A stretch of DNA of 64,000 bases, taken from contig NC_068990.1 in NCBI RefSeq assembly GCF_001194135.2, positions 45,614,827 to 45,678,826 of the forward strand, written 5' to 3'. This document shows positions 1 through 12,662 of the stretch, one piece after another. The stretch's first letter is position 1. Each line of letters opens with the position of its first letter. This stretch comes from Octopus bimaculoides. Lineage: Eukaryota. The notes below the pieces were generated by a model. The model saw nothing but the letters and a program-made list of their open reading frames with translations. It did not search any database and was not told the DNA's origin. Both the position numbers and the translations under genes were made by a program.

Positions 1-640
1 AGAGTGGATTGTTAGAAGTGTGGAGTACAAGGACATTCAACAAATTGTATGTATTGAGGAGAGGCCAATTCATTTCAGCAGGAAAACCATTTGGTCTGCT
101 GCAAGAGTTTAACTTAGTTAAAAACCCCTTTGAACATGGCATACTTTGGTTCATCGATGAGAAAAACTTTGAACAAGACGAAAAGTCTAACATGAAAAAC
201 AACAGGTCATTATGTACAGATCCTTCTGGTATCTCTTGAGTGCTGCATACTAAGTTTCCAGCTACTCTGATAGTTTTAGGAGTGGTGAGCAACAAAGGTC
301 ATTTATGCTATGTCATGTCTTTCCACAGGGTCATAGAATTAATGCTGAGGTGTTGAGACAGTTAAGTCTAGGATGGATGAAGTATGTAGTGGAAGGCCAT
401 ATGTGTTTCAACAAAACAGCACCATTTTACAAAGCTCGCATAACAAGAACGGATGTCAGACAATGTTTACAATTATGTAACACAAAACATTACCTCCAAA
501 CTTACCAGATTTACACCTGTGGATTACTACGTTTGGAGCCTTTTTAGAAGGGAGACTAATCTACATACAACAATTCCACTCCTGCATTAAAGCAGTCACA
601 GAAGCTGAAGGGTGATCCATAAAATAGTCTTAGAAAGCTT
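1..640 (+). mobile_element. Degenerate Tc1/mariner transposase remnant (maT/DD37D-like)
   Basis: Frameshifted pieces GILWFIDEKNF, HTKFPATLIVLGVVSNKG, FPQGHRINAE, APFYKARIT and a degenerate PPN.PDL/DYYVW segment cover the three catalytic regions; multiple stops. Confidence 0.75.
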
Positions 641-679
641 ATTGAGAATATATGCATACATTTGTATTACAGTTGTTTT

Positions 680-838
680 ATTGACCCTTTAGTATTCAGA
701 TTTCTCTGTCAAATCTAATGCTTATTTATTCACATTATTTATTTTTGCATTGTTGGGTAGGTGTGAGAGGCCAGATCTGGCTGGTTTGAACATAAAACAG
801 GTAGAATATTTGGGTTGGATATGGTGGCCAGTTTAAAT
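680..838. mobile_element. Degenerate piggyBac-like MITE remnant
   Basis: Begins ttga-ccctttagtattcag and ends gtttaaat, resembling a TTAA-CCCTTTAGCATT...AATGCTAAAGGG-TTAA MITE recalled from octopus DNA; right end eroded. Confidence 0.4.
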
Positions 839-904
839 TACCAAATATGTCCTCAAACACTTCTCACATTCTGTGTACATGTGTATGTACATTATATGCA
901 TGCA

Positions 905-914
905 CATGTATATA

Positions 915-951
<37 letters not shown>

Positions 952-1217
952 ATGTATATATATATATATATATGTATGTATATATTTATATATATATATA
1001 TATGTATGTATATATTTATATATATATATATATGTATGTATATATTTATATATNNNNNNNNNNNNNNNNNNNNNNNNNNNNNNNNNNNNNNNNNNNNNNN
1101 NNNNNNNNNNNNNNNNNNNNNNNNNNNNNNNNNNNNNNNNNNNNNNNNNNNNNNNNNNNNNNNNNNNNNNNNNNNNNNNNNNNNNNNNNNNNNNNNNNNN
1201 NNNNNNNNNNNNNNNNN

Positions 1218-1250
<33 letters not shown>
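905..1250. repeat. (TA)n/(TATG) microsatellite around assembly gap 1054-1217
   Basis: Direct inspection. Confidence 0.95.
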
Positions 1251-1254
<4 letters not shown>

Positions 1255-2726
1255 TGCAGATGTATAATTATACATCTACATATGTACATATTTTAATTTT
1301 TTTTAAAAGAAATTTTCCTCTCTAAATGAAATATTGAAATGCTTCAGTTGCAAGTGTACAAATATTTACATGTGTGTGTAATTCTGATGATATAACTGTA
1401 TGAGTACATGCATATTATGCACACACACACACACACGTGTTTTCCTAAAATGCAACATTGACACTATTTATAACTCAGCAGTAACTGAGAGTTCTCATAA
1501 AATTAAGGTTTGTACTCAACAGTCACTATAAATTTTGGACATTTGAAATGGTAATGATTGGAAGAAAAGACAGAATTATAATTTTAAAATTAGCTTTATT
1601 ATTGTTTTCAAATTTAACAGACGGTATTAATAAAGATAATCTGAAGGTAATACTCCACTGAGACTTCATTCTACTGTTGTTTGATGTTGGAACAGTTTCA
1701 ACTAATGATAGTGGCAATAGTTTTCTATACTTCTGTTGTGGAGTGAAATGAACCTGAAGTTTTGTCACAACTTCAAGAGCTAAACAGTCTTGTAATCCAA
1801 ATGAGCAGCACGTTACATGCACACACACATGCAGTTTTACAATGTAATTTCAACCTAATTAGTAACTGAGCAAACACACAATGGTAAATGAAGTACTGAA
1901 CCTGCTATCTTTGGCCATTTTAGCAAAGATGACAGTGGATGGAGTGAAGACATGTCATTGCGATAACAAATACTCAACCAAAGTCTCAGTTATATTTTCA
2001 AATTTTATGTTAATATAATTCAAAAAGTGAAGCAAATTTGAATGCACTGAAATAGTTAAAACCTATAGCTATAGATGGAGAGAATGAAATTTGTCTTGTG
2101 GCTAGAGAATAGTTATACAGGGTGAAAGCAGATTCAGATACATCAGCAACTTGTCAACTCTTCAAAGCCTAAATTTATAAAGGATCTTTCGTTTCTTCAT
2201 GCTAACTACTCACAAAACCCAACATAAAGACTTACATTCCATGATTAAAATTTGTTTTAATTTGAGGAATGGGTTTCATAAAGCAGTTTTCGTTCTACAT
2301 CATTCAAACTGCTAGTAAACATGATTTGAACTGTAAATGGAGAGAAAATGATGGCATTTTAAGGTAAAAATATCTTTCTTTCTTCACTTAATGAAATTTT
2401 AATAAAATTAGGATTTTCTTTTTTCATAAATTTGCTATGAATTTAAATTTCCTTTTTAAGTGAAAAGAATAAAAAGACAGTAATTTGACAAATAACTGCT
2501 GTCATCTATGCAGTCATTTGCATACAAAAAGAAATGCCAGCACTGAAGCATTCAGAACAGATACATAAATATGTGTCAAACCTTTAGTAATGTTATCTAT
2601 TATTAAAGACTTCCTACTTGCAAAAGCAATGGCTAAACATTTGGGACAAAATGTTTTTAATAACATTGTAACATTGGCTTTATAATAATAGTAGAGGTAG
2701 CATTAACTGATAAATTTGCTTCACTT

Positions 2727-2745
2727 TATATATATATATATATAT

Positions 2746-2786
<41 letters not shown>

Positions 2787-2859
2787 CATATGTATATATA
2801 CACATATATATATACACATATATACATACATATATATACACACATATACATACACATAT

Positions 2860-2912
<53 letters not shown>

Positions 2913-3044
2913 TATATATATATATACACACATATACATACACATATATACATACATATATATATATATATATATACGGACACACACCACCAGTAATTTA
3001 CAGACACCTGAAAGAGAAAGAGCTGATAGTTGTTGTTATTGTTG

Positions 3045-3081
<37 letters not shown>

Positions 3082-3090
3082 CATCATCAT
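2727..3090. repeat. Compound (TA)n/(CA)n microsatellite followed by (GTT)/(ATT)n/(CAT)n
   Basis: Direct inspection; source of the YIYI ORFs. Confidence 0.95.
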
Positions 3091-3774
3091 CATAAGACGA
3101 AAGAGAGTTACTGATCAGTCTTTTGAGATGTGTTTTTGTCTGCTGAAAGAATCTGAAGAAGAACTTGAAACAAAATATAGTGAAATATAATGGTGTTTTT
3201 GCTTTGTTGTTGCTGAGACAATATCTGTTGTATTTATATCACTAAATACAACAGTACACACGCTTCGCTACATCTACACACTCAAATTCTACTTTCACTA
3301 CCTTCACAAGGTTGACTTATCTTCCCCACCAACTCCTTCTCCTACCATTTACTTCGCAATCAGAATAGTTTTGGTCATTTGTTTTCAGAATCATTTGCTT
3401 TTCAAGTAAAAAGATTCTAAATTGTTTTCCTGTTTTGCTTGCATTTTGCTTTTTTTTTTGTTATTTTTCTTTTTATTTTAATTATATTTCCCTCATTCAC
3501 TTTCACTAGTGAACTTTTCTATTGGTCAGTGTAAAAATTATAAATTAATATTTTATATTATTATCATTAATTATTATTATTATTTTTATTATTATTATTA
3601 ATTATTATTTTTATTATTAGTATTATTATTATTAATCATTATTATTTACAAAACTTATGTTGAACTGAAAGCTGTATGCCAGCTTTGTTCATTTAATGAA
3701 AGGGCAGGAAGTACTGAAGGGATCAAGGAAACACTAAAGAAGGGAATGTTACTGAGTTTTCTCTAGTCATTTCC

Positions 3775-3780
3775 TTTATT
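3775..3780 (-). promoter_or_regulatory. Candidate proximal polyadenylation signal AATAAA in the SMAP 3' UTR
   Basis: AATAAA on the minus strand about 180 nt after the stop. AT-rich context makes a chance match likely; another lies at 1595-1600. Confidence 0.25.
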
Positions 3781-3956
3781 TCCTCCAGCTGCCCATTTAC
3801 TTCCCATCCACATCTCAGCTATGAAGTCCCAGCTTCTTGCATAACCTAAAAATTGCAGCAAACAGCTGGTTAAGAGCTAGTTCTAGTTGAATGGGGAAAG
3901 AAAATAACAAAAAATGAAAAAAAAAATAATAATAATAATATTAATAATAATTTGGA

Positions 3957-4124
3957 TCATTGCCACAAGTTAGTTGATAAAGTCTGTCCTGAAGTAGGCT
4001 GCATGCCCCAGGGATTACTAGCTTGATTAGCAGGAGCTCCAACAGGTGGCCGTACTCCCATTTGACCAGTGGGTGGGATGACATTTGATGTATTTAAACG
4101 CATCGCTGCTAACTGGTGTTGCAT
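3957..4124 (-). CDS. SMAP1: SMAP terminal coding exon MQHQLAAMRLNTSNV...PWGMQPTSGQTLSTNLWQ*
   Basis: tctttcttacag|ATG at 4124, TGA at 3959-3957; C-terminus GQTLSTNLWQ matches the SMAP GQTLSTQLWK-type terminus. Confidence 0.93.
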   Translation of the reverse strand: MQHQLAAMRLNTSNVIPPTGQMGVRPPVGAPANQASNPWGMQPTSGQTLSTNLWQ

Positions 4125-4237
4125 CTGTAAGAAAGACATTGAGAAGAAATTAGTTGTAATGAAAATATGAGAGTTTTGTGGGGTAGAAAGTAAAATAAGT
4201 AAAAGATTTAAATTGAGTTCCTTCTACACTAAAACTA

Positions 4238-4420
4238 CAGTGTTTTCTGGCATACAAGTCAAATTTTTCAGACCAAAGTTTAGTCAAAATGGTAGGTCAA
4301 CTTATACTCCAAGATGATTTTGGAGGACCAAAAATTCCATATGAAATGCAGCAGGACTTGGAGAGATAGATGCAGTATTTGAATGTTTACACAACATCTT
4401 TACACTATATGAACTTGTAT
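4238..4420 (+). mobile_element. Tc2/pogo-like non-autonomous DNA element fragment, copy 1
   Basis: Starts TA-cagtgttttctggcatacaagtc; aligns by eye over about 170 bp with 55910-56090. Confidence 0.55.
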
Positions 4421-5109
4421 ATTATAATATGGTAATTCCTATTGAATGTCATCATCTCCATCAGTATAATGTGCATTCTTTTCTGTTGGCATGGCTAGAG
4501 AAAGATTATACAATTTATCTTAACTATGAAGGGTAATAACTAAGGTCTTATCTTATTCCTTCCATACTATACAGTCCCAAGTAAGGTACTGTATACACAT
4601 GTCGTTATGTTACAAGAGCAGCTGTATGTTTTGTCATTGTGACCCATCTTTGAAACATATACCCATTTCCTATATATATATCTGCCTACAATTCTATTCT
4701 ATTACCTCTCTTTTGACTAACATTACATGCATAATGTATCACACATGTATAATGTATCATAGCTGTTGTTTGCAAGTGAGTATGTCTTGGCAGCATGTAC
4801 AATACTTTTGCTAATTGTTTTAGATGTATAGGTAGTTGCAAGCAGATACAGACAACTTCTGGCCCTCTTACCTCTTGACCCAGCAGGACACCATGGATAT
4901 GACAACTGAGGTGCAAAAGGGCTGCATCAACACTGGGATAATACTCATTTTTGGTTGATTAGACTAAAGCAAAGTGAAATGAACTGTTTTGCTCAAAGAC
5001 ACAATGCACTGCTTGGTCCAGAAATCAAACTCACAAGCTTACAATCCTGATCCCAATGCTTTAATCACCAGACCATGTGCCCTCACAAATACATAATGTA
5101 AACTACAAA

Positions 5110-5335
5110 ATCATCATCATCATCATTTAGCATCCATTTTCCATGCTGGCATGGTTTAGACAGTTTGACTGTGACTGGTAAGCTGGAGAGCTGTTAGGCT
5201 GCAGTCTGATTTAGCTTGGTTTTCACAGTCGGATACCCTTCCTAACACTAACCACTCCAAGAGTATAGTGGGGTGCTGGCATGGGTGCCTTTTACCTGGC
5301 ACTGGTCACAACTACAATTTCACTTGGCTTTACAT
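5110..5335 (-). mobile_element. RTE LINE 3'-end fragment with (GAT)n tail
   Basis: catcatcatcatttagcatccattttccatgctggcatgg is the reverse complement of the RTE tail at 53040-53100. Confidence 0.75.
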
Positions 5336-5619
5336 GAAAAACAAAGTTAATGTCAGAAAAGTTATTATAAAATGCTATCGGCTTTTTTAATCTTTAGGGA
5401 TCTTAAAAAATACTTACAATCAAGGTTATATTGTACTATGAAATATACCTATAGATTTTAAGTCAAAACTATACATATAGACAGAGATAAATGTCTCGTC
5501 TTTACATACAATATTTTTGTGAACAGGATAAGAAAGATAAGCTGGATTAGTTTCAATCCTGTTCTAGAATTTCATCAATGACTGATTATCCTCTTTGCTA
5601 CATAAATAGCACTGATGCT

Positions 5620-5850
5620 GATGCCATGTAAAAAGCACTGATGCTGGAGCCATGTACAAAGCACTGGTGTTGGAGCCACATAAAAAGTACCCAGTACACT
5701 CTGTAAAGTGCTTCATGTTAGGAAGGGCATGCAGCTGTAGAAACCAAGCCAAAACAGATTATGAAACTTGGTGTGACCTCTGGCCTTGCCTGCTCCTGTC
5801 AAGCTGTCCAACCCATGCCAGCCTGGAAGACAGACATTAAATGATGATGA
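5620..5850 (+). mobile_element. RTE LINE 3'-end fragment; further short copies at ~7985-8095 (+), ~8945-9180 (-), ~56945-57060 (+), ~60985-61130 (+), ~62640-62880 (+)
   Basis: ggaagggcatgcagctgtagaaacc...acccatgccagcctggaagacagacattaaatgatgatga, homologous to the RTE 3' UTR. Confidence 0.7.
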
Positions 5851-6601
5851 TAATCCATAGAGACACTGTTTGTAAAGCCACAATTATTAAAGGCCTAAAT
5901 GGATAGACTAATGGCATATACAGAACATTGTGTGAAACTAGTTTAATTAATCAACAAAGATGATGTGTTTCCATTTGTTTGTACACAGTGCTGTAATACA
6001 GCATAACATTGAAACAAAACCTTATTAATGCACCAGCTAATTATTTTCAAGATCAAGGAACAGAAGGAAACAATGAAGATCTTACAACAAAATTTATGCC
6101 AAATGGTTGAACAATAAAATGACTCTGTTTTCTTTTACAATTTTTTTTTAAATGAAGGAAAATAAAGCCTAGTTTAATTGATCCAAATTAGAAAAGCCAA
6201 CATGCAGAAAAAATATTTGTTATTCTATAAGAAGGACAGTTTCTAAACATATAAACAAATTATTTTTAGATAGATATCCATATTCTGTGTCTTTCTCTGT
6301 TCTGCTCAACAAAGCAGGCAACCTGTTCCATATTTATTATTTTTCAATTAACAACCTATTTGACTTCTTTTATTTTTCTTGATTTAAAAGAATTTCATGT
6401 GACTAATATTTCAATTTACAGCCAATTTGGGAAATCACTCCACTGTTGAGTGGTTGTATGTAAAACTATTCAGTGCCTCGAGACAGTGATGGCTCAGTTA
6501 CATATTATTCACTCAACCATTTCTATCACTAACAAATCAGTGATATCACTATAAAAGAAAAGCTGACAATGTTGAATAGATCAATATACAAAATCAATTA
6601 C

Positions 6602-6763
6602 CTGTTGCATATTCATTTGGTTCATCTGTGGTTGTGCTTGAGTAGCTGCATACATCCCCATCTGAGGAGGCTGCATCATCATACCAGCTGCTGCTGGCAT
6701 AGAATTGCTTCCAGGGGCAGTTGCCATCATACCAGTTGCATTCAGTTGATACAAGCCAGGTTG
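6602..6763 (-). CDS. SMAP1: SMAP exon QPGLYQLNATGMMATAPGSNSMPAAAGMMMQPPQMGMYAATQAQPQMNQMNMQQ
   Basis: attttaattacag|CAA ... CAG|gtaatt; 162 nt, phase 0-0; M/Q-rich low-complexity tail. Confidence 0.9.
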
Positions 6764-7249
6764 CTGTAATTAAAATATCAGTGAAAATGACAACTAAACT
6801 ACATTTAATGGGTAGTTCACTTGGTTCAACCAATTATTCATTGAAACTGTACAATAACAGTAGACATGAACAACACATAACACCCATTTCATTAGAGTGA
6901 AACTACTAATACATGCATTGTATATGGGAAATGTGCCCCCTCACACCAATTTTTGATATATACTGAAAATGAAGCATATCAATTTTGATTACTTCATTAA
7001 TGACAATTATTAATTATTTTTGTCACTGCTTTAATTATTTTGGTCCAATTAATCTTGCTAATATGAATTTGGGATGAACTGATGCGAAAACAATTTAGTG
7101 ATTTATTCTTAGAATAATATGAATGGGTTTTATATTTTGTTGGACAATCCCAGTTTTGAAAATACATATACTAAAGCTAGTGAATAACCATTATCATCTG
7201 ATATTAATGTTCAACGAAGGGTTATAGACTTTAAATAATCATAACTTAC

Positions 7250-7368
7250 TGGCATGCCAACTAATCCTGGATTCACCATCCCTGTCATGCCTTGCTGTAC
7301 AGCCATAGAATTGTTGGCTGGCATTGTTGGCTGAACATTGATTCCTTGGGCTGGCATATACATCCCCC
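7250..7368 (-). CDS. SMAP1: SMAP exon (G)GMYMPAQGINVQPTMPANNSMAVQQGMTGMVNPGLVGMP
   Basis: ttctttaactttcag|GG ... CCA|gtaagt; 119 nt, phase 1 to 0; Met/Gly/Pro-rich SMAP tail. Not in the supplied ORF track. Confidence 0.9.
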
Positions 7369-9248
7369 CTGAAAGTTAAAGAAGTTTATGAAAACATTTA
7401 AATGCTCAGTTTTTACAATTATATGAGAAATGATCTTTTTAGTTATGAGCATTTCAACAAAAAGATATTCAGAGTAAAATGAAGGAATAGTTTGAAATAA
7501 ACATGTTCAAGTTTCTCTATCTAAACAATGGTAGGTAGAAGTTATGCGTGACACTGTCTTTTGCAATAAAAAGATGCCATTATTTCTCAGCTTGGCAAAT
7601 AACTGAGTTACTACTGAGCCATTTAGAGGAAAGAATAACTACAAACAAAATGACCTATATTTAAATAAGGCAAAGGAGAAGAAATAAATGAAATTAAATT
7701 TAGGAATAAATTATTCTTAAGTTTGAAGTTACAGAAAAGTTTACCAAAAAGAAAACAAAGTTGATATATCGCAAAATTAGGTATGCGAGTACAATGTGAA
7801 AGATGCTGAAAAGAGGTGGAGAAGAGAAAGGAATATAACATGTATCATACAATAAAAGAAAGGAAGTATGGTGCATCTTTGACATGAAAAACTGCAGAGA
7901 CTATATTTTTCATAAAGAATATACATTTTCTCTCATACTTTTATCTATCTTTTACACCCCATCTTGTAGCATAAAGTTACCCTCTCGGGGTTTGTTGAAT
8001 TGCAAACTGCATGCTGGCCTCACTAGTGCTGGTGGCATGAAAAAAGCACCCAGTCCAACCCATGCCAGCATGGAATATGGATGTTAAATGATCAAGATGA
8101 AGCTGAATATACAGTAATATGTCAGTATAATCAGATTGATGATAATAGATAACTAATTTATAGTTATACATATGTAATGTAAATAAAAATATTTCAATAC
8201 CAACAGGTTACAACCATTTACTTGGTCTTAATTATTGTCTGTTTATGAGTTGCTATACTGATAACTTTAGCTTCCAGTGGTATCGGATATAGAAGTTATG
8301 AAATGTATACAATTATGCTTCAGAGCAAACACTTCCAAAGAGCATTAAGACAGTTCATCGTTGGTTAGTATTTCAAGTCATAAAGCCACTAGGTTATTTC
8401 ATTCAGCTGTTCTGTCTTCAGATTGTAATGTTTGTTTTTGTTTTAATTCATGAAGAACAACAATTGTTTAACTCTGGAAATTGAATAGGTGTTGAATTAT
8501 TGCTATAAGCAGTGTTTCTTGGAATGTTTTGAGCTGGTTTTGCAGTATGAAATGTAAATAAATGAAGATGATGATTCCAGAGATCTAGGAAAGATAACAA
8601 TGAGAATAACTTATATATATCAAAAACAAATAGTTGGCCACAATGGATACAAATAAATATCAATCTGCAAAAATATACCCAGTGAGGAGAAACCAAGCCC
8701 CAGCCCTGCTACCACAAAAAAAAAAAAAAAAAAAAAANNNNNNNNNNAAAAAAAAAAAAAAAAGAAAAAACTCAGGAGATATAAACAAGTACATTAGAAA
8801 TGTGATAGACAATTACAATTCTAATAAAAAGAAAAAGAAAGTATTGAAACTTTGCTAATCAATCTAACTTGAATATCTCAATGTTTTTTGTTAACTTTAG
8901 TTGTCTTTTTTGCGTGCCCTTGATAAATTTTTACGTATGAATATTCATCATCACCATCATTGTTTTAATGTCTACTTTTCTATGATTTCATGGGTTTATA
9001 TAAGCCCTCACTGAGGTAGAATTTGCTACAGCTGGATGCTCTTTCCATTGCCAACCATCGCCTGTTTCCAAGCAAGGTAATATTTCCCCTAGTCTACTGA
9101 ACAATGAATAGTACAGACATCATTTGTATTAGTGATGACTCATTAATTGCAATCAGCACACGCGTCAAGATAAGGGGAATACAGACCTTCTCTCTATCTA
9201 TCTATCTCTCTCTCTCTCTCTCACACACACCATGAGCTTCTAGTTTCT

Positions 9249-9482
9249 TATTTCTTTATTGCCCACAAGGGGCTACACACAGAGGGGACAAACAAGGACA
9301 AACAAACGGATTAAGTCGATTATATTGACCCCAGTGCGTAACTGGAACTTATTTAATCGACCCCGAAAGGATGAAAGGCAAAGTCGACCTCGGCAGAATT
9401 TGAACTCAGAGTGTAGCAGCAGACGAAATATCGCAAAGCATTTCGCCCGGCGTGCTAACGTTTCTGCCAGCTCGCCGCCTTA
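9249..9482 (-). mobile_element. Young tRNA-derived SINE with perfect 18-bp target-site duplication
   Basis: Minus strand AGGCGGCGAGCTGGCAGAAACGTTAG (A box) ... GAGTTCAAATTC (B box); CpGs intact; catgagcttctagtttct at 9231-9248 and 9483-9500. Confidence 0.85.
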
Positions 9483-10092
9483 CATGAGCTTCTAGTTTCT
9501 GCCAAGCAAATGTCACTCGCAAGGTNNNNNNNNNNNNNNNNNNNNNNNNNNNNNNNNNNNNNNNNNNNNNNNNNNNNNNNNNNNNNNNNNNNNNNNNNNN
9601 NNNNNNNNNNNNNNNNNNNNNNNNNNNNNNNNNNNNNNNNNNNNNNNNNNNNNNNNNNNNNNNNNNNNNNNNNNNNNNNNNNNNNNNNNNNNNNNNNNNN
9701 NNNNNNNNNNNNNNNNNNNNNNNNNNNNNNNNNNNNNNNNNNNNNNNNNNNNNNNNNNNNNNNNNNNNNNNNNNNNNNNNNNNNNNNNNNNNNNNNNNNN
9801 NNNNNNNNNNNNNNNNNNNNNNNNNNNNNNNNNNNNNNNNNNNNNNNNNNNNNNNNNNNNNNNTTTCACTGTTTCATTTTCCTTTTGACATTCCATTCAA
9901 ATTCATCACATCTCAATCTGAATGGAAAGAGGAAACTTTTATTCTTTTATGTTAGTTCAGTATCATGGTTAAGCACCATCTAATAATCTGGTGCTATTCT
10001 AACTTGGATTTTGGCAATGAAAAAGTGGAAACTTTAAAACATTGCCAGAATTGTGAGAGCATTAGAAAAATGTCTTGCAGTATTTCTTCAGA

Positions 10093-10143
<51 letters not shown>

Positions 10144-10944
10144 GCAGACAGGGGGGAAAAAGAGCAGGGAGATAAAAGAATATACTACGCCATTTAGAAA
10201 TGGAATCCAAAGAAGGAACATCAGTCACAAAGAAAATTTAGAACTCTTACTTATAACTGTTTTGCAGGCTGAAAGTCATTCAGTTTGGGATAATTTGGAA
10301 ATTCATGCCTATTTCAAGGACATTAGTAAGGTGAAGCTGAGATGCATGAAGTGGGAATTGAAACCAGGCTGCAGAAGTCATTCCATCCTTTTTCAAATTC
10401 CCAGTATGAGTTTTGATGTAAATGTGTACATTGCCATTCATTAAGTAATATTGCCATATCTCTTTTGAGAAGGGTATCCAGTATTATGTTGACATTCTAC
10501 ACAGTAATTGTTTTAAATAGGTACAAGAGCAAAATTTTCAGGGAAAATACTTTAGTCAGTTGAATTCAATCTAGCATATTAAGGCGCTTATTTTATTGAT
10601 CTAAGTCACTAAAAAACACTTTAAGTTTTGAAATTACAAACAAGGAAAGGAGTAAACTAAATACGTCTATAGTTCTTGCATTGGGCAGCAAATATTGAAA
10701 AAAAAAGTCAAAAATAAATAATTGTGTTTAAAAAACAGAGTTAAATGTCATCTATAGAGATAACATCTGTACTTATCAGTAAGAATAGAATGCATGAGGT
10801 TTATAAATGTGCATTTACAGATATATTTATTAATAGCAAGCATGCACTAAGAGGCGTGTACATGTATGTGTGTACATATGTGTGCATGTGTGTATGTATG
10901 TTCATATAAGTTATTGATTAGGATTTTAAGATAGATAGTATTAA

Positions 10945-11206
10945 CTCTTTTGAGACCATATTTCTGTTCAAATACACCACCTTTGTTTCAATTCATTTGA
11001 AAAATAACGAAGAATTTAATGAAATAATTTTGTTATTAAGCTGGTATTTGAAACATAAATCAGCATGAAATTTTGATGGGAAATTTTAATTTAGATAACT
11101 TTGAGGTCTCTGTGTAGTAGCTAAATTTCCTTCAAATCATACCCTAAACTCTGAAAGTTTATAACATAGAATAGGGGTGGTCTCAGGTGCGTTGGTACCA
11201 AAAGAG
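10945..11206. mobile_element. piggyBac-like MITE (~262 bp)
   Basis: TTAA-ctcttttgagacca ... tggtaccaaaagag-TTGA: imperfect 14-bp terminal inverted repeats with a TTAA-like target site. Confidence 0.55.
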
Positions 11207-12509
11207 TTGAATAGGTCTTGCATGGCATGTGACAGATATAAATTCCAAGTCTTATCAGTATAATTGTTATTTTTATTTTAACCTCAGATTTGGTGTTTAG
11301 AAATGTTTAATGTTTAATCAATATATTTCATTGTGCTTGCTATCATATTTGAAGATATTTTTATAAATTCTTAAGTAAATAAACAAAATAATTTTTTCTT
11401 TTCTCTATTTTATAATTATGTCTCCATGACAACATGGTTAGAAGATTGTTTGAAAAATTTTGAACATTGCTATTGTTGGAATCAGCATGATACTATTCCT
11501 TCAGCTAACTTTTTGTCTAAGAAAGAAGCACCTTATCCGACAGTCAAATTGAGGTAAGCAAAATAATGTATCTTGCTCAGACATACAATACAATCCGTAC
11601 TGTGTATGTATGCATGTTTAATCTTACTGTGAAGTTCAAAAGAGCACATAACAATCTTTACAAAGTTTATACATGATTGATTGAAAGAGCACAAGCATAC
11701 TCAATTATTTTGAGTTGGAGGAGGTTCAAGTAGGAACTGAAACTATGATTGTTCTATTGTTGATCATAATTGTTTAATTTTCTTTCTGACCATTTTTATT
11801 TCACCCCACACGAGATCATCCATACTAAAGTGTTCATATTTAAGTTAAAATCTTAATAAAAATTTCATTACAATGTAAAGGAATAACATGGGATTTCAGT
11901 TGGTCAACATGTTACATAACATAAACCAATATATAAAGCTAAAGGTATTTTATTAAACTCTTCTCTTTCATTATATAGAAAGTTAAGTGAGACATCTAGG
12001 CAGTCTACTCATTAAAATTTTAATCAGGAAACTGTTGACTTGAAATGACATCTCCACAGTAAGACTAAGTGTGTTTATGGATTATTGTAGGCATGGCTGT
12101 GTGATCTAACATATAATTAACTTTGTGGAACACAATAGCTGCAGTAGTAAGGATTGAACTCATGACCCTGTAGTCAGTAGCCTAGTGCCTTGGCTGCACA
12201 AAAATGAAGAATATGTGATAAAAGATATCACAATAGAACATTACTAAAAACATCTAATTATAGTTAGGTAAAGAAGAAAAAAGAAAAAGACAATGCAAAT
12301 GAATTAGTTGAAAGTACAAGGATTAAGGGAGGAAGGTAAATGGATGTGAACTACATGAGTTCAAAAGTTCATTGCAAACTAGAATATTGTAGATTGGTGT
12401 GAATATGTGAGAAAGACAAAATAAATAAATAAATAAATAAAGAGTAAAATATAGAAAGCCATTGCAAGGAAGCACCATCAAAATAGAACCCAGTCACCAA
12501 AAGATGTAC

Positions 12510-12662
12510 CTGGAGTGGTTGTGTCTGTAAACAACTTGTATTGGTTGACAGGTTCAGTATTAGGCTGCTGAGCCAAGAACATAGAGCCTTGGGGAGCCAT
12601 GCCAGGTTGGCTAAACATTTGCTGACCACTGAAGAAGGAAGGCACTTGGCTGTAGGCACCCC
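12510..12662 (-). CDS. SMAP1: SMAP exon (G)GAYSQVPSFFSGQQMFSQPGMAPQGSMFLAQQPNTEPVNQYKLFTDTTTP-G; symmetric phase 1-1, possible cassette
   Basis: cctattgtag|GG ... CCA G|gtacat; 153 nt open frame with Q/P/M/G composition matching neighbouring exons. Confidence 0.72.

Noticed and set aside
815-1325. Long YIYI/X ORFs here and at 2680-3114, 20239-21170, 30673-31418 and 32438-33057
   Set aside because: Translations of (TA)n microsatellites and N gaps; not genes.
9400-9482. tRNA-like A/B boxes in SINE heads
   Set aside because: No cloverleaf, and they continue into SINE bodies; not tRNA genes.
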